DNA of 61,383 nt from a bacterium (GTDB taxonomy: Bacteria > Babelota > Babeliae > Babelales > RVW-14): the NCBI GenBank assembly GCA_043822925.1, contig JBDRBF010000023.1, forward strand, positions 1 through 61,383, in the 5' to 3' direction. Positions 38,372 to 49,292 of this stretch are shown piece by piece. Both the position numbers and the translations under genes were made by a program. A model generated the notes under the pieces. It worked only from the letters and a program-made list of their open reading frames with translations. It searched no databases and was not told the origin of the DNA. The first letter of the stretch is position 1, and every line of letters begins with the position of its first letter.

Positions 38372-39283
38372 TCAATCTAATAAGTTTTTTACACGCAAGT
38401 TCTTGAGCTCTTCACGATAAAAGATATATAAACCCAAGATTATTAATACAAGCGATGCAAAATAATGCCACGTTACACTCCCACCCATAAAGAGCCAGTC
38501 GTATAACGTGGCAAAGCATGGACAGAGAAAACCTGAAAAAGAAAGAAACGTTACCGAGTATTTTTTAAGCATCCAGGCATACAGGTTATAAAAGATAAAA
38601 TTAGCACTAATTATCAGAAGAGTAAGCCAGCCCATAAACGGCAGAATTTGAGAGACAGGATGGGACAAGTCGCGTGTTAATATAGCCGTAATCATGCACA
38701 AAAGACCCCCAACAAGCATAGCAACACCATTAATAAAACCTAAATTATAGCCCCGATTCATGAGCTTAATCACAATAAACCAAGCATAGGCGCCTGAAAT
38801 AACAGCAAGAAGCAAAACGATTTCTGGCAAAGATATTCTGAATAATTCTAAATGAGCCTCTACCCCACTTGCCTGAGCTAGCAGCGTTGGAACAAGGCCA
38901 AAAAGACCCACGCAAATACCAATGAGCTTTATTTTACTAAGCCGTTCTTTAAGTAGAAAATAAGCTAAAAGAGCCGAAACGAATGGGGTTGCTGAAAATA
39001 TTATCGTCGTTTTAAGCGCAGAAACATATTGTAACGCCCAAAATTCAAACATAAATGCTAAATATATGTGAAATAAAGAAACTAAGAAAAACGTAAGATA
39101 ATCTTTTTTTTGTATTATAAATGCTTTTTTATTGTGCTTGAACCACTGATAGGCCAGCAAAAAACCTCCTGCAACAATCATACGAATGCCAATTAAAAAC
39201 GCAGGACTTGAGTATATAAGTGCTTTTTTTGCAAAAATAAACGTCGCGGCAAGCGTTGCCCACAAGAAAACGATTAAAAACAT
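38372..39283 (-). CDS. DMT/EamA-family transporter
   Basis: About 10 TM segments in two EamA repeats; likely start ATG 39283 after GGAG. Confidence 0.9.
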   Translation of the reverse strand: MFLIVFLWATLAATFIFAKKALIYSSPAFLIGIRMIVAGGFLLAYQWFKHNKKAFIIQKKDYLTFFLVSLFHIYLAFMFEFWALQYVSALKTTIIFSATPFVSALLAYFLLKERLSKIKLIGICVGLFGLVPTLLAQASGVEAHLELFRISLPEIVLLLAVISGAYAWFIVIKLMNRGYNLGFINGVAMLVGGLLCMITAILTRDLSHPVSQILPFMGWLTLLIISANFIFYNLYAWMLKKYSVTFLSFSGFLCPCFATLYDWLFMGGSVTWHYFASLVLIILGLYIFYREELKNLRVKNLLD

Positions 39284-39375
39284 GTTCTCTCTCCTATTTA
39301 AAATTTTTCCCCAACTCATCAGGCGTTTCTCACCTGATTTTTTCAAAGCCTGGTATTTTAATGCCCAGCAAAATA

Positions 39376-40419
39376 TTATAGTTTTTTTGAATAAAAATAA
39401 GAACAGATCATAAATAATAATACTGGAGGCACATAAAAAATTGAAAGCGCTATAAATGTATTATCGTTAAAAATTTGGCCTACAGAAGTACATAAGTACA
39501 TAAGTAAAAAAAATAACCCACTAGAAACAAACGATAAAATAAAATTATTTTTACCTTCACGGGCAAAAATAAACATACAAAAAAGAGCAAGAAACGGAAG
39601 AAACAAAAGCCAAATAATTTGGGCAAAACGTCGATGAAACTCTAAAAAAACATGCGTATCAAAAGCCTGTTCTTCCAAAAGATCTTTCCAGCGTAAAAAT
39701 TTAAGTTTTTTATGGTGCGAACGATCTGTGTGATCCTCAAGCAATTTGCCAATATTTATTTCAGCATTTTCAAATGTTGCTCGATAATGATCTTTGTTTT
39801 CTTGTGAATAAATAGTCCCATTTTTAAGATAAAGCATATCTTTATGCAGGCACGCTTGATTTGCGGTAAATATATATGCCCCATTGGTTTTATTTTTGAA
39901 TGCCAATAATAACGAATCAAAAAGGGTTGTCTCTGAAGCCGCCTGAGTCTTATTTTTAAAAAAAACCGTACAATCAGGATATGGAGTGTGAAACATTTTT
40001 GGAGCAAGCGTTGAAAACTGTTTTTTAGCCAGCTGTATGAGCTGTTTTTTGCCTATAGAATAACTTTGTGGGCTCCATTCAAAAATTAATGGAACATATA
40101 AGAAAAGTATTGTAAGCGTAAAAAACAACACAGCTTTATAGAGCGTCGTTCGAATAGACGATAAAAGATAAAACAAGAGTGTTTCGTTATGTATAAATAA
40201 AGAACCCAATGGTATCTGAATAGCCAGACAAATAGCGATTGGCATAGCAAAAAGGGCCATAAGAGGGAGCATAGTCCAAAAAACAACTAATACACTATCA
40301 AGCGATGGAACGGTTGAAAAACGAACAAAGAAATTACTCGACGCCAGAAGAAACGTCAAAAGAAAGAAAAGTGCGCCAAATGTGGCGTAAAATCGTTTAA
40401 GAAAAAAGCCGAATAACAT
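39376..40419 (-). CDS. LptF/LptG-family permease
   Basis: 3 TM + soluble domain + 3 TM; LFAMPIAI...HNET and EFHRRFA motifs. Confidence 0.7.
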   Translation of the reverse strand: MLFGFFLKRFYATFGALFFLLTFLLASSNFFVRFSTVPSLDSVLVVFWTMLPLMALFAMPIAICLAIQIPLGSLFIHNETLLFYLLSSIRTTLYKAVLFFTLTILFLYVPLIFEWSPQSYSIGKKQLIQLAKKQFSTLAPKMFHTPYPDCTVFFKNKTQAASETTLFDSLLLAFKNKTNGAYIFTANQACLHKDMLYLKNGTIYSQENKDHYRATFENAEINIGKLLEDHTDRSHHKKLKFLRWKDLLEEQAFDTHVFLEFHRRFAQIIWLLFLPFLALFCMFIFAREGKNNFILSFVSSGLFFLLMYLCTSVGQIFNDNTFIALSIFYVPPVLLFMICSYFYSKKL

Positions 40420-40502
40420 TTTTATTTTTGTTTTTTATCGTCCTGAAATTATAATTTATCATCCTGAACTTGTTTCAGGATCCAAGTCCAAAGCGCCTCT
40501 AC

Positions 40503-41357
40503 CTATTTTTTGGCGTTCTTATCGTCAGTAGTGAACGTCTGACAAATTTCAGTATCAGTAACAGAAATGCGTTCTATTTTAAGCGCTTTTCCCGTCTGAA
40601 CGTCAACTTCTACCCATATGCCAGAAAACACCATGGGGCCATATTTTTCAACCATAAATTTACCAAATTTATGGTGAATCATCATGCGTTTTATAACGCC
40701 ATCAAACTGAAAACCAATAACTGAAAATTGAGCCCCACTTGATCCAAGATCTGTAATATAACTCGTTCCTGCAGGTAAAATAACTTCGTCAGCAGTTTGT
40801 ACATGAGTGTGAGTCCCATAGACGCCCGATACTCGACCATCAAGAAAAAGTCCCATTGCTTTCTTCTCAGAGGTTGCTTCCGCATGAAAATCGACGAATA
40901 CTATTGGTGTTTTATGGCGCAAAAACGAAAGAAGAGAGTCTATTGCTTTGAACGGGCAATCAAGAAGATCTTTAGAAAAGACCCGGCCATGCAAATTAAC
41001 AACGGCAACCGTGTGGTTTTCGACCGTTAAAAGAGCATGTCCTTTTCCATAACACCCAGCCGGAAAATTGGCGGGACGAATAAAATCATCACGCTCATCA
41101 AATGCTCCATAAACATTTTTTTCGTCAAACGCATGATTACCAGTGGTAATTACCGTAGCACCCGACTCTTTAAGCTCTTTAATTTCTTGAAGTCCAATAC
41201 CATTACCTTTAGGCGATGAATTCTCACCATTAACAATAATGGCATCTATTTTAAATTTTGCTTTTAACTGAGGAGCCCACTTTTTAAAGAGGGCGACCCC
41301 GGGTTGCCCCACGAGGTCGCCTATAAACATAAAACGTAGTGTTTTCTTTTCTATCAT
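40503..41357 (-). CDS. ymdB: YmdB-family metallophosphoesterase
   Basis: FIGDLVG.PG, VNGEN, TTGNH, VDFHAEATSEK, GTHTHVQTAD; directly downstream of rny. Confidence 0.93.
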   Translation of the reverse strand: MIEKKTLRFMFIGDLVGQPGVALFKKWAPQLKAKFKIDAIIVNGENSSPKGNGIGLQEIKELKESGATVITTGNHAFDEKNVYGAFDERDDFIRPANFPAGCYGKGHALLTVENHTVAVVNLHGRVFSKDLLDCPFKAIDSLLSFLRHKTPIVFVDFHAEATSEKKAMGLFLDGRVSGVYGTHTHVQTADEVILPAGTSYITDLGSSGAQFSVIGFQFDGVIKRMMIHHKFGKFMVEKYGPMVFSGIWVEVDVQTGKALKIERISVTDTEICQTFTTDDKNAKK

Positions 41358-41462
41358 CTAGTCTTCCCAACCCAGACTTGCCTGTCCACCGAAGCCTTGG
41401 CGAAGGCTGGAATCTGGGATCCAAGCCTTATTGTTTTTTTAGCTATCATGTTATCTATCTAC

Positions 41463-43022
41463 TTATCGAGCTGACTGAATAAAGCGTTTTTCACGTATAA
41501 CATTTACTTTCACTTCACCTGGGAAAGAAAGTTCTTCTTCTATTCTCTTAGCCAAATCGTGTGCCAGCATCTCTGCTTTTTCATCATCAAGCGTATCTTC
41601 TTGAACAATAACACGTATCTCTCGGCCTGCTTGTAACGCATATGCTTTTTTAACACCATCAAAACTATTGGCGAGTTCTTCAAGCTGTTCTAAACGTTTA
41701 ATATAGGTTGATAATGTTTCTTTACGAGCCCCTGGACGAGAGGCTGAAATAGCATCAGCCAAATGAACAATAAAACCATAAATAGTATTCGATGGCACAT
41801 CTTCATGGTGACTCGCTATTGCATTAACGATTATCTTATCTTCGCCGTATTCTTTCGCCAAATCGCCACCAATAACAGCGTGTGGTCCTTCAACCTCTGC
41901 TGAAACAGCTTTACCGATATCATGCAATAGACCAGCGCGTGCCGCGATTTGCGGATTAAGACCTAACTCAGATGCAAGCATACGACAAAAATGTGCTACT
42001 TCTATACTGTGTACAAGTTGATTTTGCGTATAACTTGTTCTGAAATAAAGTTTACCGAGTAATTTGACCAACTCTGGATGCACGCCTGAAAAGCCAAATT
42101 CTAGAACAGCTTTTTGACCTGTTTCCATGATTGTTGCTTCAAGTTCAGCTTCACATGTCGCAACCGTTTCTTCTATACGAGTTGGATTTATGCGACCATC
42201 TTGCATCAGTTTGGTTAAGGCTCGTTTAGCTACTTCACGTCGAATTGGGTTAAAGCCTGAAATTGTAATAATTTCAGGAGTATCGCCAATCACAAACTCC
42301 ATACCTGTTGCCATTTCAAGCGCTTTAATATTACGCCCTTCTTTACCAATAATACGTCCCTTCATTTCTTCATTTGGAAGCTGAATGACAGAAGAAGAAT
42401 GAAGCGTTACTTGTTCAGGCAAGAACCGTTGCATAGCACTCGTTAAAATATCAACGACGCGCTGTTTGGCTGTTTCATGAGCTTCGCTTTCAATTTTCGC
42501 AATCCATTTTTGATTTGCAAGTTTAACTTCTTTTTGCAAAGACTCAAAAAGAATACGTTTTGCTTCGTCTTGTTTAATGTTACTTAAGCGTTCAAGCTTT
42601 AAAACAAGCTCATCATAAAGTTTCTTTATTTTTGTTTCATTAGAATTGAGAATGTCTAATCTACGTGAAATATCACGTTCTTTTTGTTGTAACTCTTTTC
42701 TCAATTCATCAAGCAAGACTTCACGATGATCTAACGTATCTTCTTTTTTTTGACATTTATTTTGAAGACGCTGCAATTCAATCCGGTCTTTTTTCATATC
42801 CAGATCAAATTCACTGCGTTTTTTATAAAGTTCGTTTTTTAGTTCGATTTGAGCATCTTGTCGCATCCGCTCTTCATCTTCTCGAGCTTTCTGCAACAAA
42901 CTTTGAACAGCATATTTTGTTCGTGCAAGTTGGCGTTTATTTAAAATTAAATAAACCCAAACACCGGCAGCGCCCAGAATACCGCCTAAAAGAAATGTTA
43001 CTAATCCTAGTGTACCATCCAT
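41463..43022 (-). CDS. rny: Ribonuclease Y
   Basis: N-terminal TM, coiled coil, KH domain (MKGRIIGKEGRNI), HD domain (LLHDIGKA), ADAISASRPGAR. Confidence 0.97.
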   Translation of the reverse strand: MDGTLGLVTFLLGGILGAAGVWVYLILNKRQLARTKYAVQSLLQKAREDEERMRQDAQIELKNELYKKRSEFDLDMKKDRIELQRLQNKCQKKEDTLDHREVLLDELRKELQQKERDISRRLDILNSNETKIKKLYDELVLKLERLSNIKQDEAKRILFESLQKEVKLANQKWIAKIESEAHETAKQRVVDILTSAMQRFLPEQVTLHSSSVIQLPNEEMKGRIIGKEGRNIKALEMATGMEFVIGDTPEIITISGFNPIRREVAKRALTKLMQDGRINPTRIEETVATCEAELEATIMETGQKAVLEFGFSGVHPELVKLLGKLYFRTSYTQNQLVHSIEVAHFCRMLASELGLNPQIAARAGLLHDIGKAVSAEVEGPHAVIGGDLAKEYGEDKIIVNAIASHHEDVPSNTIYGFIVHLADAISASRPGARKETLSTYIKRLEQLEELANSFDGVKKAYALQAGREIRVIVQEDTLDDEKAEMLAHDLAKRIEEELSFPGEVKVNVIREKRFIQSAR

Positions 43023-43029
43023 GTGTACA

Positions 43030-43143
43030 TCTTTCTCTTTAAAGTACCTATATTTATATACTCTTTATGGCGGGCATTAAAAAACACCCGCTAATTAAAA
43101 AAACTTATTGTTGCGAGAATATGAGAATATAGGAAGAGAAAGA
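43030..43143 (-). ncRNA. Rod-like structured RNA between zapA and rny (6S RNA candidate or rny leader)
   Basis: Nested pairings 43030-39/43134-43 and 43047-54/43126-33, apical stem gcgggcatt/aacacccgc, and an internal bubble. Confidence 0.4.
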
Positions 43144-43167
43144 AGAAAAAACAAAAAAATAAGACGT

Positions 43168-43434
43168 TTAGGACTCGTCTTTGGTAAGCAAAGAATTTAA
43201 ATGCAAAGATTTATCTTCGTAAGACTGTAAAAGGGTTCTTTGTTTAGCCAAATCAACCGCAAGTTCTAGTGCTACGACGACAGCCATTTTGTCATCATGT
43301 AGAATTCCCTTTTGAGTCTTATTATTTATCAATTCATTTACTATATCAACAGCCTGAACAACGATATTTTCGTCCTCAGTTGTCGCTATAGTAAAACTCT
43401 TACCAAATAACGATATTTTTAAATTCTTTTGCAT
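43168..43434 (-). CDS. zapA: Cell division protein ZapA
   Basis: ISLFGKSFTI...KMAVVVALELA; 88 aa; typical position upstream of rny. Confidence 0.75.
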   Translation of the reverse strand: MQKNLKISLFGKSFTIATTEDENIVVQAVDIVNELINNKTQKGILHDDKMAVVVALELAVDLAKQRTLLQSYEDKSLHLNSLLTKDES

Positions 43435-43533
43435 ATTCCCAACAACTTTATTAACTAAAAAAACTTTCTTGTCGTCCTAGGCGTTGAGCCTTGTCTCCCC
43501 GGACTCAATCCGGGACAGGATTCAATACGTGCT

Positions 43534-43791
43534 TTATTGAGCATTTTCCAAAGTTTCAATACTTGTCAGTAACTTGCGTATAGAATTCTTCATAGCTGTT
43601 TTTTCATCTTCAAGAGACTTTGCGAGTGATTGTAATGAACTTGTCTCTTTTAATAAAGACGTTTCAAGATGCATTTTTTCTTCACGCAATATACTATTTT
43701 CTCTGGAAACTTCTTCTACTGTTTTTGCTAACTCGTTGTTTTTCTGAATAATTCTAAGAATTTTTTGTTCTAATTCTTCTAACTGTTTCAT
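43534..43791 (-). CDS. Small coiled-coil protein (ZapB-like)
   Basis: LEELEQKI...LREE heptads; directly upstream of zapA. Confidence 0.65.
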   Translation of the reverse strand: MKQLEELEQKILRIIQKNNELAKTVEEVSRENSILREEKMHLETSLLKETSSLQSLAKSLEDEKTAMKNSIRKLLTSIETLENAQ

Positions 43792-43881
43792 CCTTTTCCC
43801 TTTTTCTCGCAAAAAGCTACCGTTTTTTATACTCTGTTATAAAAAAGAGTAACGAGTAGTCGGTAAAAAGTTCAACAGTTT

Positions 43882-44229
43882 TTACTTTTTAGCGAGTTCT
43901 ACAAGCTTGGTAAAGGCTTCTGGTTCAAAAATAGAAAGCTGACTAAGCATTTTTCTATTAATTTTAACGCTTAGCTTATTTAATGACCCAATAAATGTTG
44001 AATATGAAAGATCATGTTGCCGGCATGCAGCATTAATACGCTGTACAAAAAGTTTACGATACTCTCGTTTTTTATTTTTTCTGCCAACAAAAGCAAACGC
44101 AAGTGCGCGCAACATAGTTTCTGTTGCACGTCTAAATACATTACTACGTTGTCCCCAATATCCCTTAGTTTTTTTTAAAAGACGCTTATGTCTCTTTTTA
44201 GTTGCCATTCCGCGTTTAACTCTACTCAT
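43882..44229 (-). CDS. rplT: 50S ribosomal protein L20
   Basis: MSRVKRG...KGYWG...RINAACR...INRKMLS. Confidence 0.98.
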   Translation of the reverse strand: MSRVKRGMATKKRHKRLLKKTKGYWGQRSNVFRRATETMLRALAFAFVGRKNKKREYRKLFVQRINAACRQHDLSYSTFIGSLNKLSVKINRKMLSQLSIFEPEAFTKLVELAKK

Positions 44230-44385
44230 GATAGTACCTCATTATTTAAATCGGTTTTATTTACGTACATCCAGGAACTCAGTCCTGAGCACTGTCATCC
44301 TGCCTGTTCACCGAAGCTTCACTCGAAGATTGGGAACTTTTTCTGCCTCGGCATAGCGTTATGCCTTGGAGGGGTTCAGGATTAA

Positions 44386-44577
44386 TTAAGGGAGCAATAT
44401 TGAAATGTTCTTTTCATTAGCTCCAGTCAAAACTACACCAGATCTCAAATTACGTATTTGTTTCGCTGATTTTGCCCAAGCATGGTGCCTTTTATACGCT
44501 TTTGTTCTCTTAATTTTACCATTACCAAGTCTTTTAAATCTTTTTGTCGATGATGTGTGCGATTTCATTTTAGGCAT
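44386..44577 (-). CDS. rpmI: 50S ribosomal protein L35
   Basis: MPKMKSH...KRFK..G.GKIK; between infC and rplT. Confidence 0.96.
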   Translation of the reverse strand: MPKMKSHTSSTKRFKRLGNGKIKRTKAYKRHHAWAKSAKQIRNLRSGVVLTGANEKNISILLP

Positions 44578-44595
44578 ATTAGTTTTCCCTTAATT

Positions 44596-45174
44596 CTATT
44601 TACCTGTTTTTAAAAAATATGTTTTCGACCAATAAGAACTACCACGTTGTTCTTTTTCTTCTACAAGAGTTCCAATTTTTCGCTCTACCAGTAATTCATC
44701 GTTAATTTTTTTAAAGATCATGGGACCAATCGTGTCCATCATCCCAATTTCACGCCCCTTAAATTGAATCGTAAATTTTACGCGCTTACCATCAAGAAAA
44801 AACTGCTCAGTTTGTCTCATTTTGGTTTTAAAATCTTGATCTCCAATATGAGGCCGCAACTTCATTTCTTTTAAAACCATTACTTTTTGATGTTTTTTTG
44901 CATCATTTAATTGTTTCTTCTTGGCGTACACAAATTTACCAAAATCCATAATTTTTGTTACAGGAATCGAATCTTTAACCCCAACCTGCACAAGATCTAA
45001 TTCCGCCTGAACAGCGAGCGCAAGAGCTTGGCTTTTGGGAATTAAGCCATGATTCTGGCCTGTTTCATCAATAACAAACACTTTGTCCGTCTTTATTTGC
45101 TCATTAACAAGATATTTACCCTGTAACTCATTACCTGAATCTCTTGTAAATACTTTTTCTTTACTACTCACCAT
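44596..45174 (-). CDS. infC: Translation initiation factor IF-3
   Basis: VNEQI, LDLVQV, KIMDFGKF.Y, KEMKLRP.I...DF.TK, F.GRE. Confidence 0.95.
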   Translation of the reverse strand: MVSSKEKVFTRDSGNELQGKYLVNEQIKTDKVFVIDETGQNHGLIPKSQALALAVQAELDLVQVGVKDSIPVTKIMDFGKFVYAKKKQLNDAKKHQKVMVLKEMKLRPHIGDQDFKTKMRQTEQFFLDGKRVKFTIQFKGREIGMMDTIGPMIFKKINDELLVERKIGTLVEEKEQRGSSYWSKTYFLKTGK

Positions 45175-46199
45175 TACTTCCTTGCCCTCTGAGCATTACT
45201 AACTTTTTCTTGCACCAACACAAATACTCTATCAAACAATGCGCTATCCTCTTTCAATTTTTTAAGACAATTATCTCGTCCTTGCCCGAGCTTTTCATCA
45301 TTAAATGTAAACCAAGCCCCTGATTGCTCAATAACTTCATGCGTTATTGCCATATCAAGCAACTCTAGTTCCTGACTTATGCCTTCTCCAAAAATAATAT
45401 CTACTTCAACTTTTTTAAAAGGGGGCGCTACTTTGTTTTTTACCACTTTGACAGAAACTCTGTTTCCAAAAGCTTCTTCATGTCTTTTAAGTGTTGCTAT
45501 GCGCCGAACATCAAGTCGAACCGATGAATAAAATTTAAGCGCATTACCACCAGTTGTAGTTTCTTTATCGCCGAATGGCATCATATTAATCTTATGTCTG
45601 ATTTGATTAATAAAAATAAGCACAGTTTTAGACTTATTAACAACAGCTGTTAATTTACGCAATGCTTGAGACATAAGCCGTGCATGCAAGCCTACGTGAT
45701 GATCTCCCATTTCACCCTCAAGCTCCGCTTTGGGAACAAGAGCTGCAACAGAATCGATAACAAGTAAATCAATTGCGCCTGAACGAATAAGCACTTCTGC
45801 GATATCAAGAGCTTGCTCACCATAGTCAGGCTGAGAAATAATAAGATCATTAACTTTAATACCAACACTTTGAGCATACGCAGGATCAAGTGAATGTTCA
45901 GCATCTATAAAAGCACATGTACCGCCATTTTTTTGAGCTTGTGCTATTGCGTGAAGCGTAAGCGTTGTTTTGCCAGAAGCTTCAGGGCCAAAAACTTCTA
46001 TGATTCTTCCACGAGGATAACCGCCAACTCCTAAAGCTTCGTTTATCAAAAGAGAACCTGTTGAAATAACTTCAACATTCTGACTAGTTCTTTGCCCCAA
46101 GAGCATAACCGAACCTTTACCAAATTGTTTGTCAATTTGTGCAAAAGCAACTTCAAGAGCTTTTGATTTCTGTGTCGTTATCTCAGTGCTTTGTGCCAT
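45174..46199 (-). CDS. recA: Recombinase A
   Basis: [55 protein letters not shown]. Confidence 0.99.
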   Translation of the reverse strand: MAQSTEITTQKSKALEVAFAQIDKQFGKGSVMLLGQRTSQNVEVISTGSLLINEALGVGGYPRGRIIEVFGPEASGKTTLTLHAIAQAQKNGGTCAFIDAEHSLDPAYAQSVGIKVNDLIISQPDYGEQALDIAEVLIRSGAIDLLVIDSVAALVPKAELEGEMGDHHVGLHARLMSQALRKLTAVVNKSKTVLIFINQIRHKINMMPFGDKETTTGGNALKFYSSVRLDVRRIATLKRHEEAFGNRVSVKVVKNKVAPPFKKVEVDIIFGEGISQELELLDMAITHEVIEQSGAWFTFNDEKLGQGRDNCLKKLKEDSALFDRVFVLVQEKVSNAQRARK

Positions 46200-46276
46200 T
46201 GTCATAATCTCAATCGTTTTCTTTTTATGTTTAAATTATTTTACAAAATGTTCGTTTTTTATGCGCCCAAAACTTC

Positions 46277-48205
46277 TTATTGTCCGCCATTATAAACACG
46301 AAGCATCTTCTTATCTATGTCTATTTTAGCATTTCTTTTCAAAAACTCAATAAACACACCGAGTTGAACCCGACTATTCATCATTTTTTCATTTTTAATA
46401 GCTTCAAGCTCTTTTTCAGACGGTTTTACACCAGATAACACACAATTATCAAGCTGGGCCAAATAAAACTCTTTCCCATGCTTATACTGCAATAACTGCG
46501 CTTTATCAGATAATGCAAACAGTCTTGCTACAAAGTCCCCAGTCTCTTTTAATTGTACTGGGGTATCATTTTTTCTAATACTTTCAACCTGAATTATTCG
46601 CGCATTATATTTTGTAGCCAAGAGAGCTAATGTATCTTTTCCGGCAAAAACAGCAGCCTTAGCATCTTTAATAGCATTTTTTATTATCTCTTTAGTTTTT
46701 ACTTTATAGAAGTACTCAAGAACTTCTGCTTTAATATCAGTCAAAGAACGTATAAAACTTTCCTGGGTTCCAGCAAGTTTATACACAATATAAGTGTCGT
46801 CTTGAAAGAAATAACCATATTCTTGCTGGCCCTTAAACGTTGAATACAAGCGCCCCGCCATGTGACCATCTAATGTTTCAGCCGAAGAATCTGATTGTGA
46901 CAACCATTGCGTTTCTTTTTTCTCAAGATTATTGTCTTTAACAAATTGCATCAATGCTTCATCTGATGATTTCATTTTATGGACAACCATTTCCAAATCA
47001 CTCTTAAGCTTCGACAAAGCTTTTTTTGCCGTCAAAATCTTAACGATCTCTGGCTGAACCTCTTCAAATGTTTTCGAACTTGCTTTAATACGCTCTACCA
47101 ATTGTATAATTTCATAACCTTTTGCTGTTTTCACGATATTTGAAAGCTCGCCTGCTTTGTATAAACGAAAAGCAGCGTCATCAAATGCTGGATCAAAAGT
47201 CCCGCGCTCAAACATTTTAGTTAAACCACCTTGTGAAGCTGACGAATCTTCTGAGTGTTTTTTTGCTATTTCAGCGAAATTATCTGGATTCTCTTTCACT
47301 AATTGTAACGCCTCTTTTGCCTTGTCCATGGACTTAACAAAAATATGTCGAACTTGTAATCGAGGAGCTATTCTAAACTTAGATGACACATTTTTATCAT
47401 AATAACTATGCATCATCGCTTCATCTATAACGATTTTCTTTGCATATTCTTCTGCCGAGACTTGATAGTAAACAGCTTTGCGTTTTTCAGAAATACGATA
47501 TTTTTGCTTATTTGCTTCATAAAAAGCTTTTAATTCTTCATCTGTAACAGGTTTCTTTTTTGTTTCCTGTAAAAATTGATCATACCCAAAAACCAATATC
47601 GAAAAACTCTTTTGAGCCGTATCCTGCTGATATTCAGCCTCAACCTGGTACTGTGGCATATAGAACGCGTTGGTAACAAAACGACCAATAAAATTACGTT
47701 TAAATTCTTCTTCTTTCATATCTTCATATTGAGAAGGCGTCAATGAGAAATTTCTCAAATAAGCTTCGTATGAATTAAGATCAATACGACCACGCTCATC
47801 AATAAGTTCTTGTGGTAAAGTTCTAACCAGTTCTTCTTTGAAAAAATTGCTATCTACGCGTAAATTAAAACTATCTTTTACTTGATCAAGCAAAACTTCT
47901 CTGATACAAGAATCAAGTGCTATTTCACCCATGCTTGCTTTGCCAAAAAATTCCTTCATAAGGTCTTCTGCTGATAATCCAAAAGCTTTTGCATATCTTT
48001 GAAGTTCTCTCATGCGACGTTGAATATCAAGATAAGACTGCTTATAACGCTGCTCACTAATCGAAAACCCATTAACACGCGCAACGCCCGCTTTATCTTT
48101 ATCCATTCGCCACAGTATCGGCGCACTACCTATTACAAATGCAAAGAGCACTATCCATAAAACAGTGTGCCACTTTCTGATTTCTTTTCTAAATATGTAA
48201 ATCAT
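46277..48205 (-). CDS. PpiD/SurA-like periplasmic chaperone with a parvulin domain
   Basis: N-terminal TM, VARVNG..I, VRHIFV...FAEIAKKHSED..ASQGG...IVKTAKGYEII. Confidence 0.85.
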   Translation of the reverse strand: MIYIFRKEIRKWHTVLWIVLFAFVIGSAPILWRMDKDKAGVARVNGFSISEQRYKQSYLDIQRRMRELQRYAKAFGLSAEDLMKEFFGKASMGEIALDSCIREVLLDQVKDSFNLRVDSNFFKEELVRTLPQELIDERGRIDLNSYEAYLRNFSLTPSQYEDMKEEEFKRNFIGRFVTNAFYMPQYQVEAEYQQDTAQKSFSILVFGYDQFLQETKKKPVTDEELKAFYEANKQKYRISEKRKAVYYQVSAEEYAKKIVIDEAMMHSYYDKNVSSKFRIAPRLQVRHIFVKSMDKAKEALQLVKENPDNFAEIAKKHSEDSSASQGGLTKMFERGTFDPAFDDAAFRLYKAGELSNIVKTAKGYEIIQLVERIKASSKTFEEVQPEIVKILTAKKALSKLKSDLEMVVHKMKSSDEALMQFVKDNNLEKKETQWLSQSDSSAETLDGHMAGRLYSTFKGQQEYGYFFQDDTYIVYKLAGTQESFIRSLTDIKAEVLEYFYKVKTKEIIKNAIKDAKAAVFAGKDTLALLATKYNARIIQVESIRKNDTPVQLKETGDFVARLFALSDKAQLLQYKHGKEFYLAQLDNCVLSGVKPSEKELEAIKNEKMMNSRVQLGVFIEFLKRNAKIDIDKKMLRVYNGGQ

Positions 48206-48312
48206 ATACTCTTCCTTTATTAGTAATTAGTATTTACTACAAGTCTTCCTATCAAGTGTAAAAGTTTACCCTAGAACGCTGTTTTTTTCCAACTATAAAG
48301 CACACCCAATAA

Positions 48313-49269
48313 TCAATCGCGTATTTTTTTATATGCATTTATTATTGTTTCTACAGTGTTTTCGTCAACTTTATCAGTTTCAATAATTTCACAAATAAAT
48401 TGAGATGAAGCTCTCTGTTGCTCAAGATCTTGTATGAATTTTCGTAAAAACGTCTTTTGACGCTTGGCATACTGCAACGTATTTATCTGTATAGCTTCAA
48501 TAACAGCAGCAAGATCTTCTTGTTTTTTGCCTGCTCTAATCCAAGTAAATAGTTCTTTGTAGCCGATAAGCCCCTTTTGAACTATAAAATCTTCCCATGG
48601 AGTATCAATAAATTTTTGAGCTTCAACTATCCAGCCACCGTCTTCTATCATAGAAATAGTACGCAAGCAAATACGCTCTTGCAAAATGTGCTTGTCTGGC
48701 ACAATAATCACAACAAGAGAGTTCCACTCAGGTGCAAATTGTGGCTGAAATTCAGAAGGCTTTTTACCTGTTTTTGTCCATATCTCCAAAGCTCTTTGAA
48801 TACGATAAATATCGTTAGGATGAATCTGTGAGGCCCTTTTTTGATCTACGACATAGAGCTCTTGCCATAAGCTTTGATCGTGCTCCAATTTTTCAAGTTT
48901 TAGCGTTCTTATTTTAGGCTCTAAGCTGTCTTGATATAATACAGGGGGGAAAAAAAGTGATTTTACATAAAATAAAGACCCACCTGTAACAACAGGGGCG
49001 CAAGCACTATTACAAGCTTGTTCTATTGCAGCCAAGACTAACGCCCTAAACTGAACAACGCTAACATCTTTAGGCTCACACATGATATCAAATAAATGAG
49101 ACGTAAAGGGATCAGTTTGCCAATTCGGCTTGGCCGTTCCAATAGATAAAGGCTGATAGAATTGCCCAACATCTGCATTAATCACCTCAGACGGAATGCG
49201 CAATGCGATTTGCTTTGATAAGTCAGTTTTACCTGATCCTGTTGGACCAATAACAAATAGTGCCTTAAT
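48313..49269 (-). CDS. miaA: tRNA dimethylallyltransferase (start codon anomalous)
   Basis: Reading frame extends upstream of the ORF-track start to include LFVIGPTGSGKT; INADVGQFY..LSIGTAKP, VTGGSLFY, IHPND.YRI.RALE, YAKRQ.TF. Confidence 0.9.
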   Translation of the reverse strand: MKALFVIGPTGSGKTDLSKQIALRIPSEVINADVGQFYQPLSIGTAKPNWQTDPFTSHLFDIMCEPKDVSVVQFRALVLAAIEQACNSACAPVVTGGSLFYVKSLFFPPVLYQDSLEPKIRTLKLEKLEHDQSLWQELYVVDQKRASQIHPNDIYRIQRALEIWTKTGKKPSEFQPQFAPEWNSLVVIIVPDKHILQERICLRTISMIEDGGWIVEAQKFIDTPWEDFIVQKGLIGYKELFTWIRAGKKQEDLAAVIEAIQINTLQYAKRQKTFLRKFIQDLEQQRASSQFICEIIETDKVDENTVETIINAYKKIRD

Positions 49270-49292
49270 ATTGATCCCTTATGTTTTACTCA

